A stretch of 62,748 nt of DNA, the filler included, from Klebsormidium nitens (lineage: Eukaryota > Plantae > Klebsormidiophyceae), in assembly GCA_000708835.1 (NCBI GenBank). It is 9 parts of 9 records of this genome, joined end to end, with 100 filler letters (N's around TTAATTAATTAA, not from the genome) between each part and the next. Parts side by side here need not be neighbours in the genome. Positions count along the whole stretch, not along the records: positions 1 to 4,264 come from DF238515.1; positions 4,365 to 8,560 come from DF238522.1; positions 8,661 to 16,333 come from DF238284.1; 6 more parts are not named here. One strand, given 5' to 3'. Positions 1 through 12,098 of the stretch are shown here, piece by piece. Made by a program: the position numbers and the translations under genes. The notes under the pieces are model-generated. The model was not told the origin of the DNA. It ran no database searches and was given only the letters and a program-made list of their open reading frames with translations. The first letter of the stretch is position 1; every line of letters starts with the position of its first letter.

Positions 1-181
1 ACTTCTAACAATGCTCTCCAAGTTTTTTGCTATATCAAATCTAGTCACTGAATGGCTTTTGCTACTCCAGTTTCCTCAATCTTGTATCGTTTTTCCTCTC
101 CAACTTTATTGAACCCTTCTGACCCCGCCTGCAGGTGTTGCTGTCGCCCCAGCCACACGTTGTTCCTCGAGTATTTGGCGC

Positions 182-740
182 ATGTCCCCCGCTAGTTTGC
201 TTTTTATAGGTTGCTCTGCTCGTCCATCGGATAAAGAGGGGGTCGCCGCTCATGTGCCGGGCAGTGCCGCCGGCACCCACGGCACCTTACACAGATACAT
301 CGCCGGTCGGCAACGGCCCCCGTGCCGAAGCATGCCGGACTTCGGACTTCTGCCGGCCGTTTTTGGCGGCACCTGATGCGGCTTAGGGATATTTTTAGCA
401 GCAGGTAGAACCGGTCGGTACTTAGGTATCCGGCACTATGCACTCATGGTGGCCGGCATCCTTCTCGGCATTGTCACGGCATTGAAGTGTGCTGTGCATA
501 ATGCTGATACTGCACCACGGCCGGCATCACATTCGGCATCATATGATATATGCGGCATGCATGGTAAGAGTGGCGGCAGTGCTGCCCGGCGTCTAATGCG
601 GCACAGCCGGTGTGCCGAACATATGTAATTGGCGGCATGCAAGCTCGCCGGTCATACTGCCGAGCGGCAACTGGTAATGCGTCATGCTGTATGGCGCGGC
701 GATCGGATTGTGCCGCTCAGCGTCTGTCCAGCAGGCATGG
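182..740. repeat. CGGCA/TGCCG-rich low-complexity repeat, possibly a TE remnant
   Basis: Dense recurrence of gccggca/tgccg motifs on both strands; no termini identified. Confidence 0.4.
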
Positions 741-959
741 CGCACACATTCAACAAACATGTTCTCATGGGATTACAATTGAATACATGCGTGACGAAGC
801 TGCTCATGCGCACAGAATCAATAATCAATACAGGCGATGTGTATGATTGAATCCTTGCGCATGCAAGTGCGGTGATGGTGCTACAAGCCAAACAAGTCGC
901 ATTGGAAGCCAAACCACAAGCCCAAGTGTTCGTGTCGACTATTCTCCTTTCATGCAGAG

Positions 960-3369
960 TCTAAGCCTATTTCTTACCATCACTGTTGCCAAAGTTGTCC
1001 CTGAAAGCTGGAGGCTCTCTAGCTCAACCTCTACCTTGGCACTTTTCTGGCCCTTCTTCTTGCCCCCTAGCATGTCTTGATGTATGCCATGGTGGCGGTC
1101 GCTAGGTTAATCCTAGTGTCTATCTTCCTGATGTCGACTCCCAATTTCTTCTTTGCCTTCTTCGCGGCCACCGCAATGATCTTTCCTACCTCGACTCCGA
1201 CGGTGTCGAGGATCCTGGCATTGCCGTCTCTGTCAATGCTCAACTTCTTGTCCTGCAGCATCTTGTCCACCTGCAAGGGGCACAAGGTTGGTTAGATTCC
1301 GAATCTCTTGCGGAGGAAACTTCATTGTTGACTGTGTATTGTAATACAAGATGCAATACCTTCAAGCTATCATGGCAAATCTTTCAACTTCCTCATTCAA
1401 ACCGTTCGATCGAACAACTCTTTCGACTTACCACGACGCAAGTCCACACCAACTGCTTGGCCGTGATGAGGCAACCCTCCGTTCTCCACACGTTGTTGCA
1501 GATGACGGTGAAGGTGTCGGACGAGAAGGGGTTTCCCGCTCTGTCGGTGTGCCATTTCCCGTCTGCAACACAATATGTTGAAAGACTCATCAGTAAACTG
1601 TTCCTGAAAGGAAAGTCTCCACTCCACGTGCAAGTTCCGTACCCCTGCAATTGCTACCATGATTGCTTGCATCTGAATCAGTAACCCACCTTTCAGAAGC
1701 TCCTCCCCCCTGGCCTTCATCTCCGCCGTCTGCTCGTCAATCTTGCACAACTCAAGAGTGAAATGCTCATGCTGAGCAAAGGTCCCTCGGACCCCCTTAA
1801 CCCCTACATGCAAACTCCCCCCTGGTGCTCGACATTTTCTTACTAGTGTGATGGTGCATCAGATACTTGTTCGCCTCTCCTAGAAGGCGACGGGGTCAGA
1901 GGGGCTCCCATCTAATTCATACTCTGGCATCCTCTCAATCATTGCCCGATACTTCATGAGAGTCTCCGGCTTAGGGTAGGGGTCACAGTCCTTGGCCCAC
2001 CCAATCATGCAGACAACCGCCGTCGCTCTCTCCACACTCTGCATCGATAAGAAAGCACTGCTTGAATGACTCATGATTCCTCAAAACGGTAGAGGAGTAG
2101 CTATACAGCTTTGCGTACAGATCCGAACAATGACAATGTGGCTTGGCATGTGTGAAACATTGAGCGCTCTTTCTGCAAACTCAATCACCCACCGTTTCGG
2201 CGGCCCTGCCGGGGGGCATGACAAAGCGCTCGTCCACATCCGCAGCGACCACCAGTGCCCGGCCTCCTGCGGCCCGGCCACCATCTGAAAAGTAGTTGGG
2301 ACTACAGCGTGTCAGGCATCACAACCTTGTATGGAATACTGAGGTCGCTTGTCTATAGGTTTGCCATCTCGCGCAAGCGTTCACAAATGGGAGTACAAAC
2401 AGCATAATTGGAGCCCTTGCTTGCGCCTCTTGTCGAGCCATTTGACAGCACAGGTCTTCCCTTTGACTTATACATTTGCCATCTCGCGCAAGCATTCACT
2501 GATGGGAGTACAAACAGCTTTATTTGAACCCGTGCACGCGCCTCTTGTCGAGCCATTTTACAGCACAGACTTTCCATTGGACTCGCCGCGCAAGCATTCA
2601 AATAACATCTTGCATTGGGCACATTTTGAATCTCTGCGCGAGAGGTTACTAACCTGCCCTAGCCTGGCAAGGCTAGAGGCTGCTCCGGCTCATGCCTGGG
2701 TCCGCGCCTGCCAATGCCGATCCGGATCCGCTCGTCCTCCAGGTCCTCAGAATCGTTGCCACCCCGCGGGTTGTCACTTTCACTGCTAGAGCCGCGGTCC
2801 TCATCATCTTCTTCACGCCTAGCGAAAGGAATGGCGCGTTCGTCCAAATCATGGGGTTCATTCTCGTCCCCTCTATCAAAACCCGGATAATGAGTCTCAT
2901 CCTCGGGCGGAGGAGACTCCTTCCCTACCGCACTTCCCTTGCTTTTAGGAGCGGCCGCCAAAGCCCGAGCACTCTCCCGAGAAACACTGTTAGTAGGCGC
3001 GCCCTTGCCATTGGATGTCGGCCTACTGGCAACTTGGTCGTTGCCGGGGGTCACCTCGTAATATTGGTTTGTTGCGCGGTCCCTCTCAGATTCTAGCTTC
3101 TTCTTGGCCTCCTTTTTAGCTTCATCTGAAATTAGGCGCTCTTGCTGTAATCTTCTCTCCTTAGCATCCAGTGCTTTCAGGGCATCTTGCTTGTCTTTCT
3201 CGGCCTGAGCCCTAAGGCGCTTTGCTTGAACGCCATCCTCACGGGCGCGTGGCATGGTTGCTGGACGCACCTGCGGCGTTATGCCGGACCTACACAATGC
3301 CTTGATTGAATGTTCTTGGAGAAAGCTACTGAGAGGGTAGAATGCGCCGCTAGGATGCGCCGGGATCAA
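960..3369 (-). CDS. Uncharacterised multi-exon gene (boundaries approximate)
   Basis: Minus-strand ORF segments flanked by GT/AG sites (e.g. DGKWHTDRAGNPFSSDTF...WTCVV|gtaagt; VDKMLQDKKLSID...; a charged 236-aa ORF at 2659-3369). No family recognised. Confidence 0.3.
2360..2600. repeat. Tandem duplication, unit ~115 bp, about 2 copies
   Basis: tttgccatctcgcgcaagc at 2360 and 2475, each followed by gatgggagtacaaacagc-like and cgcctcttgtcgagccattt blocks. Confidence 0.8.
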
Positions 3370-4264
3370 TGTGGCGCCCTTCTCCTACTATCTCAAGCAA
3401 ATGTGACTTGTGACTGAGCCTGCAGGTCTACACTTGGAGTCTCCAGTCTAGACTTCATCATAGAGTGAAGTTTCAATTTGCCCGCCGTTATCTCATGACC
3501 GTCGATGTCGAATCGACGGCGCAAATCGCAGGACGAACGGTTGGTACCTTAAAGAGACCGGTACGTATATCGACGGTCATATGTGACCGGTGCATTGTAC
3601 GGACAAATCTACGATGCAAATCGCTCTCGGCGCCAAAAATTCAAATGACAACCAGAGTAAGCACCTGGTACGCACTGCCAAAAAGAAACCAATGTACTTC
3701 GCGGCACCAGCCATCACTCCCACACATTCTTCACTTGGGGCTGGCGACATTGCAACTCTCCTAGTAAGGGCGCACAATTCCGAGAAAGGTTGAAGGTGAC
3801 AATCGTGTGCCGCTCATAGCACAATTATCCTAAACATTTAAGTATAAATAGTTGTCATTGGCACGGCGCGCACACGTTCAAAAGGGCGCCTACTTGAATC
3901 CATTTAGGAGTTCATGCGCCAAGTCACTTTCACGGTGCCGCTGTTATGAACTTCATACTCCCGCTGCAAAATGGCGCCCGACTTTAAGATTTTGAGATAT
4001 CAATTTGCTGATTTTCTTAGATAGTTCAAAAGATTCATCCAGCCGAGCAGCACAGGCATGGCGTCGACTATGACGGGCGAAGGCTTTCGGTGTAGGCATT
4101 GCGGGGCGTCAAACTATCAGACGCAGCAGGATTTAGAGTGGCATCAATCTCAATCTTACGCTTGCAGGATAGCTCGGGCCATGGCCGCAGCCGTAGAGTA
4201 GCCAACTCCACCGCCTCCAGTGCACTTCGATGAGATCCATGTTCCAGCCCCTAATGGCCCGTTT

Positions 4265-4364
4265 NNNNNNNNNNNNNNNNNNNNNNNNNNNNNNNNNNNN
4301 NNNNNNNNTTAATTAATTAANNNNNNNNNNNNNNNNNNNNNNNNNNNNNNNNNNNNNNNNNNNN
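4265..4364. other. Assembly gap with artificial TTAATTAATTAA linker (same structure at 8561, 16334, 29088, 44108, 51307, 53976, 60378)
   Basis: 44 N + ttaattaattaa + 44 N = 100 bp, repeated identically eight times; the linker has stops in all six frames. Confidence 0.97.
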
Positions 4365-4491
4365 TATTGTTACCCGAAGAGGGACAGAGCTAGGAAGGAT
4401 CGGATATTCCGGGCTCAGATGCGACGCACATTTGTGAGCCTCCCGATAGTTGAGGAGGCTCAGACAGGGATACCAGCGAAGAACGCCGCAC

Positions 4492-4677
4492 CTCAAAAAG
4501 CTTCCTAGCTTTCGGCGTTTCCAGCACTAGCTGCGGGACCGGCGCCGCCTTGTCGTCCTCCCGTGACACCATGACGAAGTGCGCGCTACCCAAAACCTCC
4601 GGAGTGTCGCCCGGCTGCGGCCCAACGGTGGAAGCTTCCAGCGTGATCTCCATCGAAGACCGCCCCACCCACGTCAC
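4492..4677 (-). CDS. Exon of a HotDog-fold acyl-CoA thioesterase (ACOT9-like)
   Basis: Translates VTWVGRSSMEITLE...LGSAHFVMVSREDDKAAPVPQLVLETPKARKLFE, between acceptor ttccgcag and donor gtgcgg. VTWVGRSSME and A.FVMV.R are typical of this family. The rest of the gene is not found and may lie in the gap. Confidence 0.75.
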
Positions 4678-5413
4678 CTGCGGAACGGTTCGATGCAGAA
4701 GTTCGAAAACAATGCCCGGCTGAGGGACGCTTGCAGGGTACTCTCACTTGAACGCTTTCAGTGTAATCTCCGTGGAAGAGCGCCCTACCCACGTCACCTG
4801 CGAAACGGGTTCAATGCAAAGCTTCGATAATTGTATCCGGATGGACGATGGACGCTTCGAGAGTAACCCTCATCGAAGAGCGCCCCGCCCACGTCACCTG
4901 CACGAAGATCCAGCCTCTTCTCAATCTCAATCTCTTCTTTCTTCGGACGTCCATTCTGTTTTGGTCCAGAACAGATTTTCATGATGACTGAATCTAGTGC
5001 AGTCTTTTGCGTTGAGCTGTCAGGATCTCTCGACCACATATGACGCAACCTCGTAATCATTCTCAATGGTCGAGATCGATCAAAACTTCCTCCTGATTTT
5101 GCTGCTGGGGTTTGCTCGCAAAAAGGTTGGGATGTCTCTCAAAACCAGATCCCGGTGGACCAATCTGACGCCGATGATTTGACAAGAAAAGGCAGCATCA
5201 ATCAATAGCACAAACGACACGTGTCCTTCACCTGACCCTGTATTCGCAGGTCCTTGTCGAGCCGAATCAACTCGCCAGCCCAAGCCAAATGGTCCACAGC
5301 CGCGGTGGCTATCAGCCGGTCTTTCCTCCGGAGGTGCCGCCAAACAACGTCACCAGCCATAGCGTCCACTGTGAATAGAGTATTCTTTTATGTCAGCATA
5401 TTCGGGAATGAGG

Positions 5414-6200
5414 CTAGAGCAGTAACTCCTGTAGCTTAGGATGATGCTGATTGCGATGTCGGACTGAGTCATCAATACGAAGCAGTCTAGATTCTCTACA
5501 TCGTGGTAAGATTGAAAACGTTGAAGTAAAGCAGGAGAGTCTCAGCAGCTTGACGAACGGAGTTGTCCATATGAAGCAGTTTAGCAGCTCAGCAGCGTCA
5601 GCAGATTGATTCGTCAAAGCGAAGCAGTTTGGAAGCGTGACAAGACTGGATTGTCAAAACAATCTGGTTGAATTTTGACAGTTCGGTTTATTGGAGTCTG
5701 TCGGAAGCGGAGCAGCGTGAAAGACTGAGCCGTTGAAACGAATCTTTTTAGAATCTCAGCAATGTGATAACTAATTTGTCGAGGTAAGCAGTTTAGAGAC
5801 TCGGCCTCGTGGGGCGACCGCATCGTCGGGTCGAAGCAGTGTTGAGCAAACGCAGAAATTTTGAAGTATCGGCAACGAGATGTCGGAACCATCATCCATC
5901 ACTTTCGTACTTTCAAGTTTCAAACAATGTCGAGGGAAGAAGACTCGAGGAGCTCCGGCAGAGGGCCTGTCAAGACCTTCTCTTTGAAGGTAGCATCTTT
6001 TAGCAACTTCGTGTTGCAGTGGCAACTTACTGTCCTCGAGAATTTTCCCGAACCGTACATAGCCTGTCCCAAACAATCGGTACTGCTCTTTCAAGCTTGC
6101 CGATCTGGTGAATGGATATCGAATTTCGATCCAGGACTCCTCTGGTCGTCTTTCTGTTATGCTGCAGATTGAGAGGAGCTGTTAGTCTCATTGTTGTGAC
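5414..6200 (-). pseudogene. Degenerate Leu-rich (F-box/LRR-like) gene fragments
   Basis: Overlapping Leu-rich ORF pieces in different frames (5771-6094, 5614-5895, 5414-5617). Family guess only. Confidence 0.2.
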
Positions 6201-7592
6201 CTTACCTGCAAGTCAATCCATGGCTTACAAGGTAAGTGGCAGGTTCTCTTGATCTCTTCGACGCTGATGGGCCCTTTTCTCAAGTAAAGCATGTGTCAAA
6301 AAGTCCCATAACCAATATGTAAAACACGCACTGCTAAGATGCAGACTTTGTCTGAGGTGCTGAGCCATACAAGTATGGATGGCCTTGAGGCTGGTGCTGA
6401 CTTTTGCTCACGCTTTGTCTTGCAGTGGCCTCAAACAGTAGCGCCTCATTTCAGGAGGATCTGAAGCAATCAGTCATCATAACGGTTGCTTCAAGTACAA
6501 TAGTGGCTCACCTCTTGGTCACTTGAGGGTTTTCCTGGGCATCTCCTGCGTAGTGCACTTCCAACTCGTCCACAAGACCTGTGCGTATGTTGCATATTAA
6601 AGACAACCAAGGCTCTCCAACCAGAATCTACTGGGAGTCGGGATTTGCAGATTGTGGGGCCGATAATGATCAGAGCAGTGTGTACGGATACCTGGCGGCT
6701 ATGGGGTTCTCATCTGAAAGTACAGTGCCTTGCAGAATAAAGGCAATTAAGGTCACATCTGAACGTACAGCGGCTGACAGAATGGCGCAGTTCCGCACCA
6801 TCGAATCAAAATAGACTCTTGAAATATGTCACGTAAGAAGCATTCGCTGTCAGAAGAAATTCACTCTTACTGATGACAAGTGGTGCACTCAGGAATCAAT
6901 CCAAGCAACCATCACCTACGAGGTGCATCAATAAGAAGGCCAACTGAAGATCATCAGAGGACTGACCTTTGTTCCGGTGAGACAGGTCAAGAGTGAAGGG
7001 GATCACACTAGGTAAGTCCGAAGCGCTGGCGACTTGAGGAGTGAAGCTGCTGACATTGATCTCATCCCCCTCCATCAGAGCAAGTGGTGGCGAGCTAGTG
7101 AATGACGCTACCTGGCATGGATTTCTGTTTTCATGGAAGCGGGCAACTAATTTCGCTGCTGGCTGTGTTGATCCATAAGGGTAAGCCAACTCCTGAGTGC
7201 AACTCCCTATCTTCTTCAAAGGCCATAAAGTTGGCGAACAAAGTGGCGCGACACCGCCAGACTTTGCCAGCTGAGAATCGGACAGTCGAGAGCCTCCTTT
7301 TGCTGCACCACCAAATACCAAGTTCTCCTCAACTGTGGCTGTCAATCTGCTGAGCCTGCAAGCCACGCTTGTGGAAATTTCAACCTCCTTGTTTGAATGG
7401 AAGCTATGCTTTGAGCAATTTATATCCAAAAACATGCGCAAAAGTCCAGCCGCTCTTTTCGATTTACAGGCCAGCTTATGAAGATGCAATGCGGCCATAG
7501 ATTGATCACCAGGCCTTCTCTGCAATGTTACAGTTGGAACTTCATGTTGGACTTTGATGCATCGCCATCAGCCCAGAAATGGATGGTGGTAG

Positions 7593-7675
7593 AATTAGAA
7601 TTAGAATTAGGTTCGGTAAGTCGTCCTTGCCGCCCTAATAGTACCTAATACCTAATAGTACCTAATAGTACCTGA
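7593..7675. repeat. Short tandem repeats (TAGAAT)n and (CTAATAGTAC)n
   Basis: tagaattagaattagaattagg followed by ctaatagtacctaatacctaatagtacctaatagtacc. Confidence 0.7.
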
Positions 7676-7768
7676 AGGTAATAGGCTTCAGGTGGAATCG
7701 CCGCGCGCGCGCGCCACTAATAGCATCATCATCGCTGATCTGTGACTCTAGAGTCTAGTCGTATTTAA

Positions 7769-8426
7769 GGCTCTGTTCTCATTGGCGGCGGACGGCACAA
7801 CAATTAATAAATCCTTTTTTGCCCGGAACTTGCCCGGAAGTGCCCAAAAAAGCGAAAAGCGTGAAGTTGTGCCGGCCGCAAGTGAAATCACACCACGGCA
7901 CAAGTCCAGGTACAAAATCGGGAATTGCCCGGCGGCTGGCATGCAAAACCCTAAACCCCGAGCAGTATCTCGCGCCACAAGTCACACTTGCTGAAAGCTG
8001 ACCTCCTCTCCTTCGCGCTCCTCCATGGTGGTTTCCAGGCTTCTTGATGTGGTCAGGAAGACAGCAGGCAAAAGACCAGCTAGGTACCCTACAGGCTATC
8101 CTACAGCTGCTGTGCTTGCCTCCTGTGCACAGTCATCACTACGTTGCAACTTGCAGCCCTGGCGCGCCAGAATCTAGCACCTCGGGCTGTGAGTGGCCAG
8201 TTCAACCACGTGGTTGACCGGCACAGAAAAATAGGAGTTCGACCCAAGGGGGCACAAGGGTCGAACTTTTAATATTTTTGTGCCGCTGACGTAAGCATTT
8301 TTTTATCGAGTTCCGCCGGCACAACTGCTAGTGGAAGCGCGGTAGAAGTTTTCCACATTCGCCGGAGCCAATCTGAAGATTTAGATTAAAATTGTTGTGC
8401 CGTCCGCCGCTAATGAGAATAGGGCC
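7769..8426. mobile_element. PIF/Harbinger (Tourist-like) MITE, 658 bp
   Basis: 37-bp TIRs with 3 mismatches (GGCTCTGTTCTCATTGGCGGCGGACGGCACAACAATT vs reverse complement of 8390-8426), TAA on both flanks (7766-7768, 8427-8429), no long ORF, internal GGCAC/GTGCC repeats. Confidence 0.82.
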
Positions 8427-8661
8427 TAATTATTCGATACCTTCATGTGTAAATACCTTCATGCAGTATCACACTTTCAAGTGTTCCGTACAATGAAGTT
8501 CACACCGTGGCGTGGGGCTTCGCGTCGTCTGTCGCGTTTAACTTTTTACGGGCGTTCGCANNNNNNNNNNNNNNNNNNNNNNNNNNNNNNNNNNNNNNNN
8601 NNNNTTAATTAATTAANNNNNNNNNNNNNNNNNNNNNNNNNNNNNNNNNNNNNNNNNNNNA

Positions 8662-9750
8662 TTTACGACCCTCCCCGCCCATGCACAGGAGCTGTGCCTC
8701 GGGCTTCTCCTGCAACTCGTGCGTCTGGCCCCTCTCGTGACGAATCCGGAGGGGAGTGACGGCACGGAGACGGCAAAAGAAGTACTCGGCAGACTTTCTG
8801 GTGCCGCTCGGAGTTATTCGACGTCCGAGCAACCCCCCTTCCTGGTGCGCCTCCTCGAAAAACAGAAGGTCTCCCCGGATGATACCATCCAGCACGCCTG
8901 GAATGCAAAGTGGACCCTAGAACTCGGGGAGATCCTGGGGTGTGGCGAGGCTGCAGCGTGGCTCCGGGGCATCGAGACGGCTAGGGGAGTCGACAAACTA
9001 TTGGCAAAGGCCACCCAGTTGGAGGAGGGTGGCACGCGGGCGCAGAAGAGCAAAAGCAAGAGGGTTCGGGAGGTACGGCAGGCGCCTGCGAAGAAGCCCA
9101 AGGCCACGGTGGTCGGGGGCGAAAAGGTACGGTCGAAGGCACGCGTCGAGGCGCCGGTCGAGGAAACGTCCGAAGAGCACGAGCGAGCTACGCAGGAGTC
9201 GGAAGCGGACGGAGGCAAGATCGAAGCAGAGGAGGAGCGAATCCGGGCGCAGTTCGAGGAGCTGGAGCGGGCCAAGAACGGAATCGAAGCGGAGAGGGCT
9301 GAGGTAGAGGGGGAGAAGGCGAGTCTCCGGGCGCAGTTCGACGAGCTGGAGGGGGGCAAGAAGGTCGCTGAAGCGGAGAAAAGGAGGCTAAAGCGAGCGA
9401 CGGCGAGTATCCGGGCGCAGTACGAAGAGCTGGAGCGGGCCAAGAAGAGCTTCGAAGCGGAGAGGGAGAAGTTTGAGGAAGAGAAAGCAATTCTGCGAGC
9501 GCGGTTAGAGGAGCTGGACCAGGTTGATGCGGCGGAGGCGGCGCGGAATGAGAAGGGCAATGAGCAGCGTGATCAATTGGAGGAGCTGAAGACAGCACTG
9601 AAGGCGCGGGAGAAGGAGTTGAAGAGAAAGTGGAAAGACGAGAAAAGGAAGCTGGAAAACGAGAAGAAGGATCTGGAAGAACAAGTTCGCGGGTACGAGA
9701 ATGTAAACGAGGTCCTCAAGAAGGAGCTTAAAAAGCACAAGGCCAAGTGA
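8662..9750 (+). CDS. Coiled-coil protein with four 28-aa repeats, 5'-truncated at gap
   Basis: Frame open from the contig start. E/K/R-rich, with (I/L)RAQFEELE.. units at 9241, 9325, 9409 and 9493 (84-nt period). Confidence 0.65.
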   Translation, partial: FTTLPAHAQELCLGLLLQLVRLAPLVTNPEGSDGTETAKEVLGRLSGAARSYSTSEQPPFLVRLLEKQKVSPDDTIQHAWNAKWTLELGEILGCGEAAAWLRGIETARGVDKLLAKATQLEEGGTRAQKSKSKRVREVRQAPAKKPKATVVGGEKVRSKARVEAPVEETSEEHERATQESEADGGKIEAEEERIRAQFEELERAKNGIEAERAEVEGEKASLRAQFDELEGGKKVAEAEKRRLKRATASIRAQYEELERAKKSFEAEREKFEEEKAILRARLEELDQVDAAEAARNEKGNEQRDQLEELKTALKAREKELKRKWKDEKRKLENEKKDLEEQVRGYENVNEVLKKELKKHKAK

Positions 9751-10429
9751 TAATACAGCGTAACATTCAGGACATACGAAATCAGTATGTTGACGCTGTC
9801 AGGTAGTGTGTCCCGAGGAAACAGACTTCCCATGGACATTGATGGGTGAGGAAGATCGGAACGAGTTGCAGTATGAACCGGTCGAAGGAGCTCGAGAAGG
9901 ACAAATGGCACACAAAAAGTCTACTTCGAAGTATACCATCAGCATACTTATGCAAGTCATGGACGCAAGAAAGCTATGCATATGTGTATTCTCACATGCA
10001 TGATCTTGAAAGCTACCGTTCCGAGTAAGTAATCGAAGCGCGTTCAAACGAAGCACAGATAGGACCAAGCTGTGAAGACTGTACTGTTTATAAGACCGCA
10101 TATGATGCATTCATCTACAGTAGCTTTTGTAATGATCACGTCCAACTTCTGATTGCGCGGATCTCAGTGTATATTTATAAAGGAGGCTCTCATGAAGAGC
10201 ATCAGGCACATCAGTCCTTATGTAGTCACTTTATGTGATTGCCATATTCATCCTGCCCCTAACTTCTGACATAACAACACTCGTCTTTACCATAGGATTC
10301 AATCCCCACATCCGTGCGCTGTTATGTTCAAACTTCACAATCTTGTTTTACGCTGGGCGTCTATGCTATAACATCTTCCTCACTCTGCTTATCAATAATA
10401 TTTCAACTCTAATGTTTATACCCCGCCGG

Positions 10430-10959
10430 CGAAGCGTCGCTCGGCGTTTACCACACCATCTTTGCCGCGCTCAGCAGTACCACAAAAACCAGCATCTAAC
10501 ATCAGTTTTTACAACCCGCCTGCGAAAGTTCGCTCGGCATTTACGAAGTATCTCCCCCTCGCTCAAGGATACCAGAAAGCCGTGACAACAAACTCATTTA
10601 CTCGGCTGACGAAGCCTCGCTCGGCTCAGTTTTACTACCAGAACTCTAAATCTAAGATGAAGTTCTTAACCACAAACTTGATCAACCCGCTGGCGAAGCC
10701 TCACCCGGCTCAGTCTTACCAGACCTAGGACGAAGTTTTTAACCACATACTCATATGTTCAGCCCGACAAAGCCTCGCTCGGCTTAGTCGAACCGGAACT
10801 AGGACGAATATGTATACCACAAACTCAATCACCCCGCTGACGAATCCTCGCTTGGCATCTATCGAGAAACCTGCCCTTGCTCAGCAATACCAGAGATCGC
10901 AAGTGAGATGATGAATTCAACCACAACTTTGATAACACTCCGACGAAGTATCGCTCGGC
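10430..10959. repeat. Degenerate minisatellite with a conserved CGAAGCCTCGCTCGGC core (7 copies)
   Basis: Core variants at 10430, 10523, 10610, 10694, 10768, 10841 and 10944; spacing 73-103 bp. Confidence 0.75.
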
Positions 10960-11777
10960 GTTTACGAGACAAGACAAGTTTTGAGATCATGGCGTTTCAA
11001 ACCCCTGCCACAGAGCCTGCCCGTACGTCTGTGGAGGCTGGCTTCTAAGGGTTTCCTTGAGTCCAGTCAAAACCGCTGCACGAAGAAGAGGGGTCGTAAG
11101 TCGGCGAAGGGCAAACTGTATCACTTCAATGAGTGATACATTTTGGCAACAATGGCAATATTCCAGCAAGAAAGCCTCTCTTCGGGTTCTCACCAGATCC
11201 ACCATCCGGAGAGTTGATGCCACCGGGACTTGTAAGACTGCCCTCCGCTGCGTGGAGGAAAACTCGTATGGATCAGCATCCTGTTCCGTCTTCGTCAAAA
11301 GCGTCGACTATGTATCAGAGCAGGGAAATCACATTCCACAGAAGAATGCAACCCTTAAGATCCATAGCAGAGACGAAACAACTGCTCACTTGGCAGTAGA
11401 TTGTGATCAGGGATGTCCATCAAATTCCAATCTTGCACGTCGATTCCCTGTTCACTGGTGCCGTCTGTCCCGTCATGACCTGTAAGGAAAAACAGTCTTT
11501 CCAATCATGGGTTCTTGATCGTTCTAGATTCAAGTAGAACACCGATTGTACCTTTCAAGAACAGCGGATGAAACAACTTGACAGGCGCATCTATGATTGA
11601 ATCCTAAAGGTGATTCTCATGGTCTCATTTAGCTACATCACTCACCCGGGCTTGTTCTAAACCTGGCTGGTCGTGCAGCGCATCCATTCTGAAAGAGGGC
11701 AGCAGTCCCTCCCTGAAACAAACCCACGCCTGCATAAAAATATGCTGTCTCATCAACACAGATTCAGTCAATTTCCA

Positions 11778-12098
11778 TCATAAGCAAGCGAACCATTGCC
11801 AATATACCGCATCAAAGTGCTTGCATTGACTTCCACATAGAAGGACAGCTCCAGGTTTTCTGCTTTCATAATCAATGGTAACACCGAATTCACCTGCCAC
11901 TTGGGGTTCCATCATGGCCAAGAGTTGGCGAATCTGGTCTCTGAGTTCTCCATCCTTGGCATCATTAACTTCTTCAAGGAACTGTACTCGTTTCATCAGA
12001 GCACCCATCTCCTCCCTCAGAGATTTCATTTCGATGTCTTGGCTATCAATTCGGGTTCTCAGCACCTCGCACCTGTGACAAGACAACAACATGATCAC
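11778..12098 (-). CDS. Exon(s) of an uncharacterised coiled-coil protein
   Basis: ORF CEVLRTRIDSQDIEMKSLREEMGALMKRVQFLEEVNDAKDGELRDQIRQLL has heptad character; no family recognised. Confidence 0.3.
   Translation of the reverse strand: MIMLLSCHRCEVLRTRIDSQDIEMKSLREEMGALMKRVQFLEEVNDAKDGELRDQIRQLLAMMEPQVAGEFGVTIDYESRKPGAVLLCGSQCKHFDAVYWQWFACL

Noticed and set aside
4309-4320. Recurrent TTAATTAATTAA palindrome and ORFs ending in 'XXXLIN'
   Set aside because: Artificial scaffolding linker inside N gaps; ORFs containing X runs are artefacts.
7593-7675. Telomeric repeat
   Set aside because: Units (TAGAAT, CTAATAGTAC) do not match TTAGGG/TTTAGGG-type repeats and the arrays are very short.
8814-9598. 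Long minus-strand ORFs (248 aa, 136 aa)
   Set aside because: Antisense shadows of the repetitive coiled-coil gene.
10430-10959. CRISPR-like look (leader plus repeat-spacer array)
   Set aside because: Repeats are short and degenerate, spacers are related to each other and vary widely in length, no cas genes, eukaryotic context.
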